Positions 56,059 through 64,000 of a DNA stretch of 64,000 nt are shown one piece after another. The DNA comes from an uncultured Gammaproteobacteria bacterium (GTDB taxonomy: Bacteria > Patescibacteriota > Patescibacteriia > 2-01-FULL-39-33): NCBI GenBank assembly GCA_964573235.1, contig CAZNIV010000003.1, positions 1,482-65,481 of the forward strand, written 5' to 3'. Positions within the stretch are counted from its first letter, which is position 1; the number at the start of each line of letters is the position of its first letter. The notes under the pieces were generated by a model, which saw only the letters and a list, made by a program, of their open reading frames with translations, made no database searches and had not been told where the DNA came from. The position numbers were made by a program, and so were the translations under genes.

Positions 56059-56583
56059 ATGCCAAAGACTAAGCAGCAAAAACAAGATGTTGTCGCTGAG
56101 TTGAACGACAATGTTAAAAAGATGAAGTCTGCGGTGTTCATCAACTTCGCCAATACATCTGTTAAAGATGTAACCGAGTTGAGAAACAATTGCCGCAAGG
56201 AAAATGTTGAATACGTGGTGGCTAAAAAGACATTGCTTAAGAAGGCTTTGATCGATAATGGTTATACTATCGCTCAAGACCGCGAATTATCAGGTGAAAT
56301 CGCCTCAGTGTTCGCTCTTAAGGATGAAGTTTCTGCCGCTAGAGTAATTAACGATTTTACCAAGGAACACAAGACAATTAAGATCGTAGCCGGTATCTTG
56401 GAAGGAAAATTTGTAGAAGTTGATCAGGTGATCGCTTTGGCAAAATTACCAAGCAAGCAAGAACTTATCGCCAAGGTGGTTGGTTCTATCGCCGCTCCAC
56501 TTTCTGGTATGGTCAATGTGTTGCAGGGCAATTTACGCAATTTCGTTTACGCTTTGAGTGCCATTAGGGATAAAAAAGCTTAA
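56059..56583 (+). CDS. rplJ: 50S ribosomal protein L10
   Basis: Typical L10 N-terminus and length, followed by rplL. Confidence 0.95.
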   Translation: MPKTKQQKQDVVAELNDNVKKMKSAVFINFANTSVKDVTELRNNCRKENVEYVVAKKTLLKKALIDNGYTIAQDRELSGEIASVFALKDEVSAARVINDFTKEHKTIKIVAGILEGKFVEVDQVIALAKLPSKQELIAKVVGSIAAPLSGMVNVLQGNLRNFVYALSAIRDKKA

Positions 56584-56623
56584 CAACAACTAAATTAAAT
56601 AAAAAATTATTAAATCAAAAATT

Positions 56624-57019
56624 ATGTCAGAACAAAATGTAACCGTTCCAGAAAAGTTTAAAGCTTTAGTGGAACAAATCGAAAATCTTAGCGTTTTGGA
56701 TTTAGCCGAATTGGTTAAAGTATTGGAATCTAAGTTTGGCGTTTCTGCTGCTGCTCCTGTAGCTGCTGCTGCCGCTGCTCCAGCTGCTGCCGCTGCTGAA
56801 GAAAAGACTTCTTTCAATGTAGAGTTGACTTCTTCTGGCGAAAGCAAAATTAACGTTATCAAAGCCGTTAGAACCGTTGTTGCTGAATTAGGCTTAAAGG
56901 AAGCTAAGGATTTAGTTGATGGCGCTCCAAAGATGGTGAAAGAAAACGTTACTAAGGAAGAAGCTGAAAAGATTAAAAAAGCTTTAGAAGAAGCTGGTGC
57001 AAAGGTTACTTTGAAATAA
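56624..57019 (+). CDS. rplL: 50S ribosomal protein L7/L12
   Basis: Ala-rich hinge [20 protein letters not shown] and C-terminal domain [14 protein letters not shown]...EAGAKV. Confidence 0.95.
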   Translation: MSEQNVTVPEKFKALVEQIENLSVLDLAELVKVLESKFGVSAAAPVAAAAAAPAAAAAEEKTSFNVELTSSGESKINVIKAVRTVVAELGLKEAKDLVDGAPKMVKENVTKEEAEKIKKALEEAGAKVTLK

Positions 57020-57041
57020 TATTTCTCAGTTATAATAAAAA

Positions 57042-57064
57042 AACTACCGGTTATGTCGGTAGTT
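57042..57064. terminator. Bidirectional terminator between rplL (+) and the 792-aa gene (-)
   Basis: AACTACCG / CGGTAGTT stem, flanked by an A-run and a T-run. Confidence 0.7.
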
Positions 57065-57080
57065 TTTTTATTGGGTAAAT

Positions 57081-59459
57081 TTAGTAATTTGTATCAATGG
57101 CGAATATTTTATTGTCGGAAAGGAGATAAATTTTCTTTTCTTTTTCTATGGCCAGCATAGATTTTAGTTGGCCAAATTCCTTAGAAGTATACTGGGTTTT
57201 TAGACTGCCATTGACATTGAAAATGGTCAATCGTTGATTTTGGGGGTCTAAAATATAAATATTATTGGAATCGGTTTCGGTGAATATTTGAGTTGGGTTT
57301 TTTAATGGAGGGTCTATTGTTAAATTGACGGATTCAGTTTTTTTGCCCTGATCAAAAATATTTAAAGTATTAGAGCTGTAAGTGATAACCTTTCCATTGA
57401 TGGTAATGAGTTTTGATTGGCTAAATTCATTAGTATTTTTAAGCCAAGCTGAGCCCGAATTAAACAGATTATTGGCCGGTAAGTGTTTGAATATTTGGTT
57501 TTTGGCGGATTGTAGTGAATAAATTTTACCGCCGTAGATGGTCAGATCGTCAACAGATTCTAGGGTTAAAACTTTTTTAGTGACAGTGGCGTTTTTTAAA
57601 TTTATTTGGTAAAGAGTATTGTCTTCATTGAGTAGTAATAGGCTATTACTATCAGTTAGGGGGTATATTTTTTTAATATTACCAATATTATCGGTAATGG
57701 TATAATTTTGGGTTAATTTTTTTTCGGGAGTGTAAGTGTATAAATTATTATTACTATTATCAAAGGCAATAAATATATTGTTAATTTTTGTAAAACCAGC
57801 AATATTAGCAGTGGAGGTGGTAATGCCAAAATCCACTAGAACTGTCGGCGAAGTTAAGTAGCTGATTTTTTGTAGTGCTTGATTGAGGTCGTCTATACGA
57901 TTTTGAATGGCGGTGATCGAAGTGGTATATTTTTTGTTTTTTGGTAATTGAGCGAGTAGAGTAACAGCTTCACTTAGTTTTTCTTTGGCGCCAATCTCGT
58001 TATTATTAAGAATGTTATTTGCCTCGGCGTTTTCTAGAGCATTAGTGATGGCTTGTAGTTTGGTGGTAAAAATATTATCTTGATTTGAGCCTAATTTTTG
58101 ACCAGTAATAACAATACTTAGACTAAAGCCAAATAGTAGCAAACCAACTGCTATCGCCATAAATTGCTGTTTTTTGTTTAAGTTAATAAAGTTAGCAATT
58201 TGTTTGTTTAGCCAGTCGCTGAAAGTTTGGGACCAAGTAAATCCAGGTAATTTTTTAGGTAGTAATTTGAGGATGATAGACCAATTAATTTTTAAATTGG
58301 CTATTTTTTTTGTTTCCTTAGTAATATCTTCTGGAGTGGTAGAAGATATATTTGTGGTTTCTTGTGGTTGTTCTGGTTGTACGACTTGAATTTCTTCGGG
58401 AATATTAATATTGTCAATTATTTCTAATTCTTTATTGTTAGTATTGACTTCAATTTTGGCCAGAGATTTTTTCTTTTCTTGGTGCGCCTTCCATGAGTGC
58501 TTTAATTGCTTGAAGGCGGCTAAGGTGAGGGATTTTATTTTTTTACTGGTAAATTTCCAGCCCTTTTTAGTTAAAACCAAAAGGGTTATCAATACCTTTT
58601 CCCAATTTGGGACAGGGGAGGGGTTGAGATATTTCTCAGTATTTTCTTGGATATTCATCAGGTTGGTGATGGATTTTTCTGGGTGTAAGTTTAATTTTTG
58701 TTGTTTAGGGACATTGATAATGGTTGGCACTTCGTGAGGGGTTAGCTGGACGCTAATAATTGGTTGAATGGCAACGAGGTAATAGTTTTGGCCAGTTTCT
58801 TTTTGCTCGTGAATTTTAGTTTCGATATAGCTAATAGCGGCGCTAGAAGGATTATTGATAATAATTTCTGATAAGCTGTTTTGTGATAAACACTCCATGA
58901 TAGAGTCGTTACAGAAACAGAGATTGTCTTTGATGCTAATTTCACCACTAATAATATTGGAAAACATTTTTTCTTGATTGATTTTGCTTTTCTTTTCGGC
59001 TACTTGATCAATAATATCAATAATGGCAGCGGTTTTATCGTTGCGTTTATGAAATAACATGGCGTTAGTAACGCCAATTTGGGATAGATAGATTTTATTA
59101 CGGTGAATTAAGCCAGCTAAAACATTGATATTTTTTAATTCAATATCGGCGATTGATTTTTTGATTAATTTATCAATGCGACGATTGGATCTTTGTAGGC
59201 ATTCTTCTAATCTTTTTTCTACTCCGTATTCGGCTTCGAGGGGAGGTAAATAATATTCGGTTTCTAAATCGGAGATGATTTGTAAAAATTCGTCGTTAAA
59301 GTTGTCTGGGAGGTTATTTAATTCAGTAAATCCAAAAAGAATACCTAGACGGTTTTCGGTTTTTTTATTTTCTACCTTAGAGATAAAAACTCGACCAACG
59401 TTTGTTTGTTGGCTAGTTTCGATGATAAGCTTATTTAATTTAGGATAAAATAACTCCAT
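57081..59459 (-). CDS. Large orphan protein: cytoplasmic N-domain, central TM, extracytoplasmic coiled coil and beta-propeller-like C-terminus
   Basis: 792-aa uninterrupted ORF. TM at FMAIAVGLLLFGFSLSIVITG. C-terminal strands recur with IY/LY periodicity. No family recognised. Confidence 0.75.
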   Translation of the reverse strand: MELFYPKLNKLIIETSQQTNVGRVFISKVENKKTENRLGILFGFTELNNLPDNFNDEFLQIISDLETEYYLPPLEAEYGVEKRLEECLQRSNRRIDKLIKKSIADIELKNINVLAGLIHRNKIYLSQIGVTNAMLFHKRNDKTAAIIDIIDQVAEKKSKINQEKMFSNIISGEISIKDNLCFCNDSIMECLSQNSLSEIIINNPSSAAISYIETKIHEQKETGQNYYLVAIQPIISVQLTPHEVPTIINVPKQQKLNLHPEKSITNLMNIQENTEKYLNPSPVPNWEKVLITLLVLTKKGWKFTSKKIKSLTLAAFKQLKHSWKAHQEKKKSLAKIEVNTNNKELEIIDNINIPEEIQVVQPEQPQETTNISSTTPEDITKETKKIANLKINWSIILKLLPKKLPGFTWSQTFSDWLNKQIANFINLNKKQQFMAIAVGLLLFGFSLSIVITGQKLGSNQDNIFTTKLQAITNALENAEANNILNNNEIGAKEKLSEAVTLLAQLPKNKKYTTSITAIQNRIDDLNQALQKISYLTSPTVLVDFGITTSTANIAGFTKINNIFIAFDNSNNNLYTYTPEKKLTQNYTITDNIGNIKKIYPLTDSNSLLLLNEDNTLYQINLKNATVTKKVLTLESVDDLTIYGGKIYSLQSAKNQIFKHLPANNLFNSGSAWLKNTNEFSQSKLITINGKVITYSSNTLNIFDQGKKTESVNLTIDPPLKNPTQIFTETDSNNIYILDPQNQRLTIFNVNGSLKTQYTSKEFGQLKSMLAIEKEKKIYLLSDNKIFAIDTNY

Positions 59460-59535
59460 TTATCTATTCTTCCTTTACAGTTTTCTTACAATATTATACT
59501 ATATAAGCAAAACAAAGTCTAACTTTTTATTAAAT

Positions 59536-60144
59536 ATGCTTGAACAAATTTTTGGTTCAAATACAAGAGTGCTTCTTTTACGTCTTTTTCTCAATAATCC
59601 TGAGCGTTTTTATTTTGTTCGAGAGATTACTAGGGATTTGGGTTTGCATTTAAATTCAGTTCGTCGTGAGCTTGATAATTTATCGCATATTGGTATTGTT
59701 ACTTCTCATAATAAAGCAGATTTGCAGGATGAGAGTGAAAAAGAAATTAAAGATAATAAGAGGTATTATAAACTTAACAACAACTTTGTTTTTATTGAAG
59801 AGTTGCGCGCTTTAATCATTAAGGCTAATTTGATTTTAGAAGAATCGTTGCCAGAGGCGGTGGATAAGCTAGGTGATATTAAATTTTGTTTATTATCTGG
59901 TAAATTTGTTGGTCGTGATGGTTCGTCTGTAGATTTGCTTTTGGTGGGCTCAAAGATTAATCAGACTAAGTTTTTAAAGTTAATTAATATGTTTGAGAGT
60001 GAGTTGCGTGTTATTATTGATTATACGGTTTTGACGGTAGAGGATTTTCTTTATCGCAAGTCTATTTCGGATCGATTCATCTATGACTTGTTAGATAATA
60101 AGAATCTAGTAGTCATTGATCGTTTATCCGCTTCAAAGTCATAA
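59536..60144 (+). CDS. Winged-helix (ArsR/MarR-like) DNA-binding protein with uncharacterised C-terminal domain
   Basis: wHTH pattern RVLLLRLFLNNPERFYFVREITRDLGLHLNSVRRELDNLSHIGIV. Confidence 0.55.
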   Translation: MLEQIFGSNTRVLLLRLFLNNPERFYFVREITRDLGLHLNSVRRELDNLSHIGIVTSHNKADLQDESEKEIKDNKRYYKLNNNFVFIEELRALIIKANLILEESLPEAVDKLGDIKFCLLSGKFVGRDGSSVDLLLVGSKINQTKFLKLINMFESELRVIIDYTVLTVEDFLYRKSISDRFIYDLLDNKNLVVIDRLSASKS

Positions 60145-60146
60145 TT

Positions 60147-60560
60147 ATGTTTTTGATTATTAATACAACCGATGGTAACTTTGTAGAACTGATTTTAGCT
60201 AATAATCAGGAGGTTTTTAAGGTAAAAACTAGTCCAGCGGCTTATCATCAGGCGGAAAAGTTATTAAAAATGGTTGAAGATTTTTTGCGATTAGAAAAGG
60301 TGGCTTTAACTGAATTGACGGCGATTGGGGTGGTTAATGGACCTGGTGGCTATACCTCATTGCGTATCGGAGTGATTGCTGCTAATACCTTGGCTTATGC
60401 TTTAAAAATTAAGACAGTGGGGATTAGCCTAAATGAGTTTAAGGGCAATAATCAGTTAGTTAAAAAAGTAATAGAAAAATTTCAATTAGTAGCTAAAAAT
60501 GAATTTGTTTTAGCGCATAATATAATTTTACCAGAATATAAAGATACTAAGGGAGTTTAG
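60147..60560 (+). CDS. tsaB: tRNA t6A biosynthesis protein TsaB (short, N-terminal half only)
   Basis: GPGGYTSLRIGVIAANTLAYAL signature. 137 aa. Confidence 0.7.
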   Translation: MFLIINTTDGNFVELILANNQEVFKVKTSPAAYHQAEKLLKMVEDFLRLEKVALTELTAIGVVNGPGGYTSLRIGVIAANTLAYALKIKTVGISLNEFKGNNQLVKKVIEKFQLVAKNEFVLAHNIILPEYKDTKGV

Positions 60561-60608
60561 GAGAGTTATGCACAGTTTAAGCGCTTAATTGGATTTTGTT
60601 TTTATAGA

Positions 60609-60628
60609 AATGGCTTTTTTAAGCCATT
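60609..60628 (+). terminator. Rho-independent terminator after tsaB
   Basis: AATGGCTT / AAGCCATT with loop TTTT, followed by a T-run. Confidence 0.7.
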
Positions 60629-60658
60629 TTTTATTTATTAAAAAACAACTGAAAAGTA

Positions 60659-60687
60659 TTGACGCTGGGTTAAAAATAGCTTATAAT
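60659..60687 (+). promoter_or_regulatory. Consensus sigma70 promoter of the mraZ (dcw) operon
   Basis: TTGACG (60659-60664), 17-nt spacer, TATAAT (60682-60687). Confidence 0.6.
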
Positions 60688-60697
60688 TTATTCATCA

Positions 60698-60722
60698 GTG
60701 GTGAACAGTGGGGATGGGTGGG
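60698..60722 (+). promoter_or_regulatory. MraZ operator: three direct GTGG(G/T) boxes at exact 10-bp spacing
   Basis: GTGGT at 60698, GTGGG at 60708, GTGGG at 60718. Lies between the -10 box and the mraZ ATG (60747). Confidence 0.6.
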
Positions 60723-60746
60723 GAAATATAAAGAAAACTAAAATCT

Positions 60747-61178
60747 ATGTTTGTCGGCCAATACACTCACAATTTGGACAATAAAGGACGATTAGCGGTT
60801 CCAGCCAAATATCGTTCTGAATTGAAAAAAGCGATTGTCACCAAGGGTTTTGATGATTGTTTGTTTTTGTACACTAAAAAAGATTGGGAACCAGTGGCTA
60901 AAAAATGGGCTGAGCTTTCTGTGAGTAAGTCTAATAATCGTGCCATTGCTAGATTTATGTTGGCGAGTGCTACCGAAGTAGAATTAGATAAACAAGGCAG
61001 AATTGTTTTACCGGAGTATCTTAGATTATTTGCTGGTTTAAGTAAGTCGGCCATTGTGGCTGGTTTATATAATCGTTTAGAAATCTGGGATGAAGAGCGT
61101 TGGAATAAATACCAAACAGAAACAGAAAAGCATACGAATGAAATTGCTGAAGCCCTAAGTGAAGTAAACGTAGAATAA
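60747..61178 (+). CDS. mraZ: Transcriptional regulator MraZ
   Basis: Two SpoVT/AbrB-like halves with DxxxR motifs: LDNKGRLAVP and LDKQGRIVLP. Confidence 0.95.
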   Translation: MFVGQYTHNLDNKGRLAVPAKYRSELKKAIVTKGFDDCLFLYTKKDWEPVAKKWAELSVSKSNNRAIARFMLASATEVELDKQGRIVLPEYLRLFAGLSKSAIVAGLYNRLEIWDEERWNKYQTETEKHTNEIAEALSEVNVE

Positions 61179-61179
61179 T

Positions 61180-62085
61180 ATGACTGTTCATGAACCAGTA
61201 ATGCTTAAAGAGGTTTTGGAATATTTAGCACCTAAACCAAATGGTAATTTTGTAGATTGTACTTTTGGCGGTGGAGGTCATAGCTTAGCGATTCTTAAGT
61301 TGATTAGACCAAATGGTCAAGTAGTTGGTATCGATTGGGATCCTAAGGCGGTTACTAAACTTGAATTAAGGGATGAAAACTTATTGATTATTAATGAAAA
61401 TTATCGCCAATTTTCTAAGATTGTTAAGCAGGTAAGAGAAAAATATAATTTTGGTGAAATTGATGGTATTTTGATGGACTTAGGTTATTCCTCTGATCAG
61501 TTGGAAGATGATAGAGGATTCAGTTTTCAAAAAAATGATTATCTAGATTTACGCTATAATCCAACTTCTGGTGGATTAACCGGCGCTGATATAATTCGCA
61601 CTTATAGCCAGAAAGAATTGTTTGAACTTTTGAAAAAATACGGAGAAGAAACCTTGGCTTGGGATATTTCCAAGAAGATTGTGTGGCAACGGGAAAATGG
61701 AAGAGTGCCAGAGACGGCTGATATGCTTGTCCAGCTTGTCTCTGATGCTTATCGTCGCCACTTTAAAACACCTTCAAAGAAAAATCCCTCCACTAAGGTT
61801 TTTCAGGCATTAAGAATTGCGGTTAATGATGAATATGGCAATATCTTAGCTACTTTACCTCAGGCAATCGCAGAATTAAAGGTGGGTGGTAGATTGGCGG
61901 TAATTACCTTTCATTCGGGAGAGGATAAGATAGTAAAAAGTTTTTTTTCTGAAATGGCCAAGGCTGAAGAGCCAAAAATCAAATTGGTTAATAGAAAGGC
62001 AATCGAAGCTAGTATTGAGGAGGTAGAAGTTAATCCGCGTAGTCGTAGTGCTAAATTAAGAGTGGTAGAAAAAATAAATCAATAA
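61180..62085 (+). CDS. rsmH: 16S rRNA (cytosine1402-N4)-methyltransferase
   Basis: HEPVML, DCTFGGGGHS, TFHSGEDKIVK, NPRSRSAKLR. Confidence 0.95.
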   Translation: MTVHEPVMLKEVLEYLAPKPNGNFVDCTFGGGGHSLAILKLIRPNGQVVGIDWDPKAVTKLELRDENLLIINENYRQFSKIVKQVREKYNFGEIDGILMDLGYSSDQLEDDRGFSFQKNDYLDLRYNPTSGGLTGADIIRTYSQKELFELLKKYGEETLAWDISKKIVWQRENGRVPETADMLVQLVSDAYRRHFKTPSKKNPSTKVFQALRIAVNDEYGNILATLPQAIAELKVGGRLAVITFHSGEDKIVKSFFSEMAKAEEPKIKLVNRKAIEASIEEVEVNPRSRSAKLRVVEKINQ

Positions 62086-62099
62086 ATAAATAAAATATC

Positions 62100-62474
62100 A
62101 TGTGTCGACTGTGGAATAACAATCAGGGAGGGTGTAATCATTTTCCTAATTTATCTAAAAAGAATAGAACTTCTTTATTTTTACTAAAAGCATTAACGCC
62201 AGTTAAGGTTTTTGTTCTAGTTTTTTTATTAATGATTGTTTCCGGAGGTTTTTATCTTAATTTAATCAATCAGTCAGCCACTACCGGTTATCAGATTAAT
62301 GAGTTGGAAAATGAAATGACTAGCCTACAAGATGAAAACGCTAAGTTAAGTTTGCAGTATGTGCAATTAAAATCAGTGGATAATATTGTTAGTTATGCTA
62401 AGAAGTCTGATTTAGTAGCGGTTATTAATATGGAGGTAATTGATAATTCAGGGATGGCGGTAGCTATGCGCTAA
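62100..62474 (+). CDS. ftsL: FtsL-like cell-division protein
   Basis: Bitopic: TM (VFVLVFLLMIVSGGFYLNL), then coiled coil INELENEMTSLQDENAKLSLQY. Lies between rsmH and ftsI. The exact start is uncertain. Confidence 0.55.
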   Translation: MCRLWNNNQGGCNHFPNLSKKNRTSLFLLKALTPVKVFVLVFLLMIVSGGFYLNLINQSATTGYQINELENEMTSLQDENAKLSLQYVQLKSVDNIVSYAKKSDLVAVINMEVIDNSGMAVAMR

Positions 62475-62550
62475 TAAGTGGCAAATATATTTCAAAAAAT
62501 GTTATGATAAGGGTGCCGATGAGGCTTTCTTTTCATATATAGATAAAATC

Positions 62551-64000
62551 GATGCGTTGGCGTAAACAATTTATTTTCAATCAAGGTAGTCATAATGCTT
62601 TAAAGGGTAAGGACAAGGGGCGTGTCCGTATTAGGGTTTTAACATTTATTTTTGTCGGCCTTGCTTTACTAATTTCGGGTCGTTTATTTAGTTTGCAAAT
62701 TTTGCGAGGTGATTCTTATACGGCCTTAGCAATGGGTCAACATGAGTTGTATAAAAAGCTTTTTCCAGAAAGAGGTTCAATTTTTGTAGTTGATAAAAAT
62801 GATGGTAAAAATACATTATTTCCGGTAGTGACTAATCAAACCATGATGATGCTTTATGCGGTGCCACCAGAAATCAAAGATGCCTCAAGTACAGCCACTC
62901 AATTATTTGATGTCTTGGGTTATAGTAAAGAAATAGATGAAAAGGAAGAAAAAGTTAAATTATTTGCGGATATTTCTGCGGAGTTAGATCCGATTATGAC
63001 GGCGGAAATTAAAAATACTCGTTGGAAGGATTTTTTAGATAATTTAAAGATGGAGGAAATTAATAAGATGATTTTGGCTTTTTCTAATAAAAAAAGTTTG
63101 TATAAACCGATCCGTCAACGCCTAACGGAAGAGCAAGTGAATAAGATTAAGGCTTTAAATATAGGTGGTTTATATTTTAAAGAGGAGGTTTGGCGTTTTT
63201 ATCCAGAGAAATCATTGGGCGGTCAGATTTTTGGTTTCATGGGGTATGTGGGCAATGATCGAAAGGGTGTTTATGGTTTAGAAGGATATTATAATGATCT
63301 GTTAACTGGTCAATTTGGGGAGATTACTTCAGAAAAGGATTTGTTTGGTAATATTATTCCAGTTAGTTGGCGGAATGTAGATGAAAAAGAAGATGGTTCA
63401 GATATAGTTTTAACAATTGATCGCGCCATTCAGTACAAGGCTTGCCAGGCTATTGGAGAGGCAGTTAAAAAGTATCAAGCGGAGAGTGGAACAGTGGTAG
63501 TGATGGATCCAAAAACGGGGGCGATTATTGCGATGTGTGGGGCGCCTGATTATGATCCGGATAATTATTCGGATGTTAAAGATTCTTCTATTTATGTTAA
63601 TAAGGCAACCTCAATGGCTTATGAACCTGGTTCTATTTTTAAGTCGTTTACCATGGCAGGCGCCTTAGATGCAGGTAAAGTTAAGCCAGATACGGTTTAT
63701 GAAGATACTGGCTTAGTGCAATATGATCAATTTAACATTCGTAATTTTAACGATAAAGTTTATGGTTTACAGACCATGACTCAGGTTTTAGAAAAATCCT
63801 TAAATACTGGCGTTATTTATGCTATGCGTCAGATGACAGCAAAGGTTTTTAAGCAGTATGTTAAAGATTTTGGATTTGGTGAAAAAACAGGAGTAGAATT
63901 ATCCAGCGAGGTTGGTGGTGATATTAATAATTTAAACAGAAAAGGAGAGGTTTATTCGGCCACGGCTTCGTTTGGTCAAGGTATTATGGCGACGCCATTG
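62551..64000 (+). CDS. ftsI: Class B penicillin-binding protein FtsI/PBP2, 3' end cut by window edge (not in ORF track)
   Basis: ATG 62551 follows an in-frame TAG at 62539. Translates MRWRKQF...RVLTFIFVGLALLISGRLFSLQILRGDSY (TM plus dimerisation domain). SxxK motif YEPGSIFK near 63630. Open to base 64000. Confidence 0.9.

Noticed and set aside
55963-56277. 104-aa minus-strand ORF across the rplJ leader and 5' end.
   Set aside because: It overlaps a near-certain ribosomal protein gene and its leader, has no RBS, and has implausible composition.
56590-56862. 90-aa minus-strand ORF with a poly-Ala run, and the GCT/GCC-rich repeat at about 56740-56800.
   Set aside because: It is antisense to rplL. 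The repeat is simply the alanine-rich hinge of L7/L12, not a microsatellite or a separate gene.
1-64000. Looked for CRISPR arrays, tRNA/rRNA/tmRNA genes, transposases, integrases, a reverse transcriptase/DGR template-variable repeat pair, and toxin-antitoxin or restriction-modification genes.
   Set aside because: None found. The only long repeat is the 447-bp tandem duplication. No spacer is long enough or structured like a tRNA. No RT-like ORF is present, so a DGR acting on the repeat-rich surface proteins is unsupported within this window.
1-64000. Alternative genetic code, i.e. UGA recoding as in some candidate phyla.
   Set aside because: Long family-recognisable ORFs are intact under the standard code, and TGA is used as a terminal stop (e.g. 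murD at 44179-44181 and the 698-aa gene at 12308-12310).

Overview
This is an AT-rich (about one-third G+C by eye), very gene-dense bacterial chromosome segment read with the standard genetic code. I found no rRNA, tRNA, CRISPR array, transposase or integrase. Most of the content is housekeeping, in this order:
- typA (5'-truncated by the window edge), pcrA/uvrD, truB, a ZIP transporter, rsmI, metG, cvpA, tatD, murA, an S41 protease and rpmA.
- Fe-S assembly genes (iscU, nfu, nifS) interleaved with rfbB/rfbA.
- A secretin-less type IV pilus operon on the minus strand at 21.3-30.6 kb: pilB, pilC, three pseudopilins, pilMNO.
- A surface-glycan/adhesin operon at 32.8-40.1 kb: Wzz-like, O-antigen-ligase-like, GT4, a GHL+FG-GAP protein and a repeat-rich surface protein.
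- The distal half of the dcw cluster: mraY, a CofE-like gene, murD, ftsW, murG, murC, murB.
- hpf, secA, an MTH1-like NUDIX gene next to mutM, uppP/mltG and rplJL.
- The proximal dcw half (mraZ-rsmH-ftsL-ftsI), about 12 kb downstream of murB and running off the 3' edge.

The gene repertoire suggests a reduced-genome, probably monoderm lineage such as CPR/Patescibacteria. That placement is inference only.

Stand-out anomalies:
1. A ~645-bp, roughly 60% G+C single-gene cassette at 31987-32631 encodes a signal-peptide protein of unrecognised family. It sits between two host-type consensus promoters inside the envelope locus.
2. A perfect 447-bp tandem duplication at 40215-41108 spans the junction of a small membrane-protein gene and mraY.
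3. A CofE/F420-ligase-like gene is inserted between mraY and murD.
4. A textbook three-box MraZ operator lies at 10-bp spacing just downstream of a consensus promoter.
5. A NUDIX protein is collinear with eukaryotic MTH1/NUDT1.

All family assignments come from motif recognition by eye. No searches were run.
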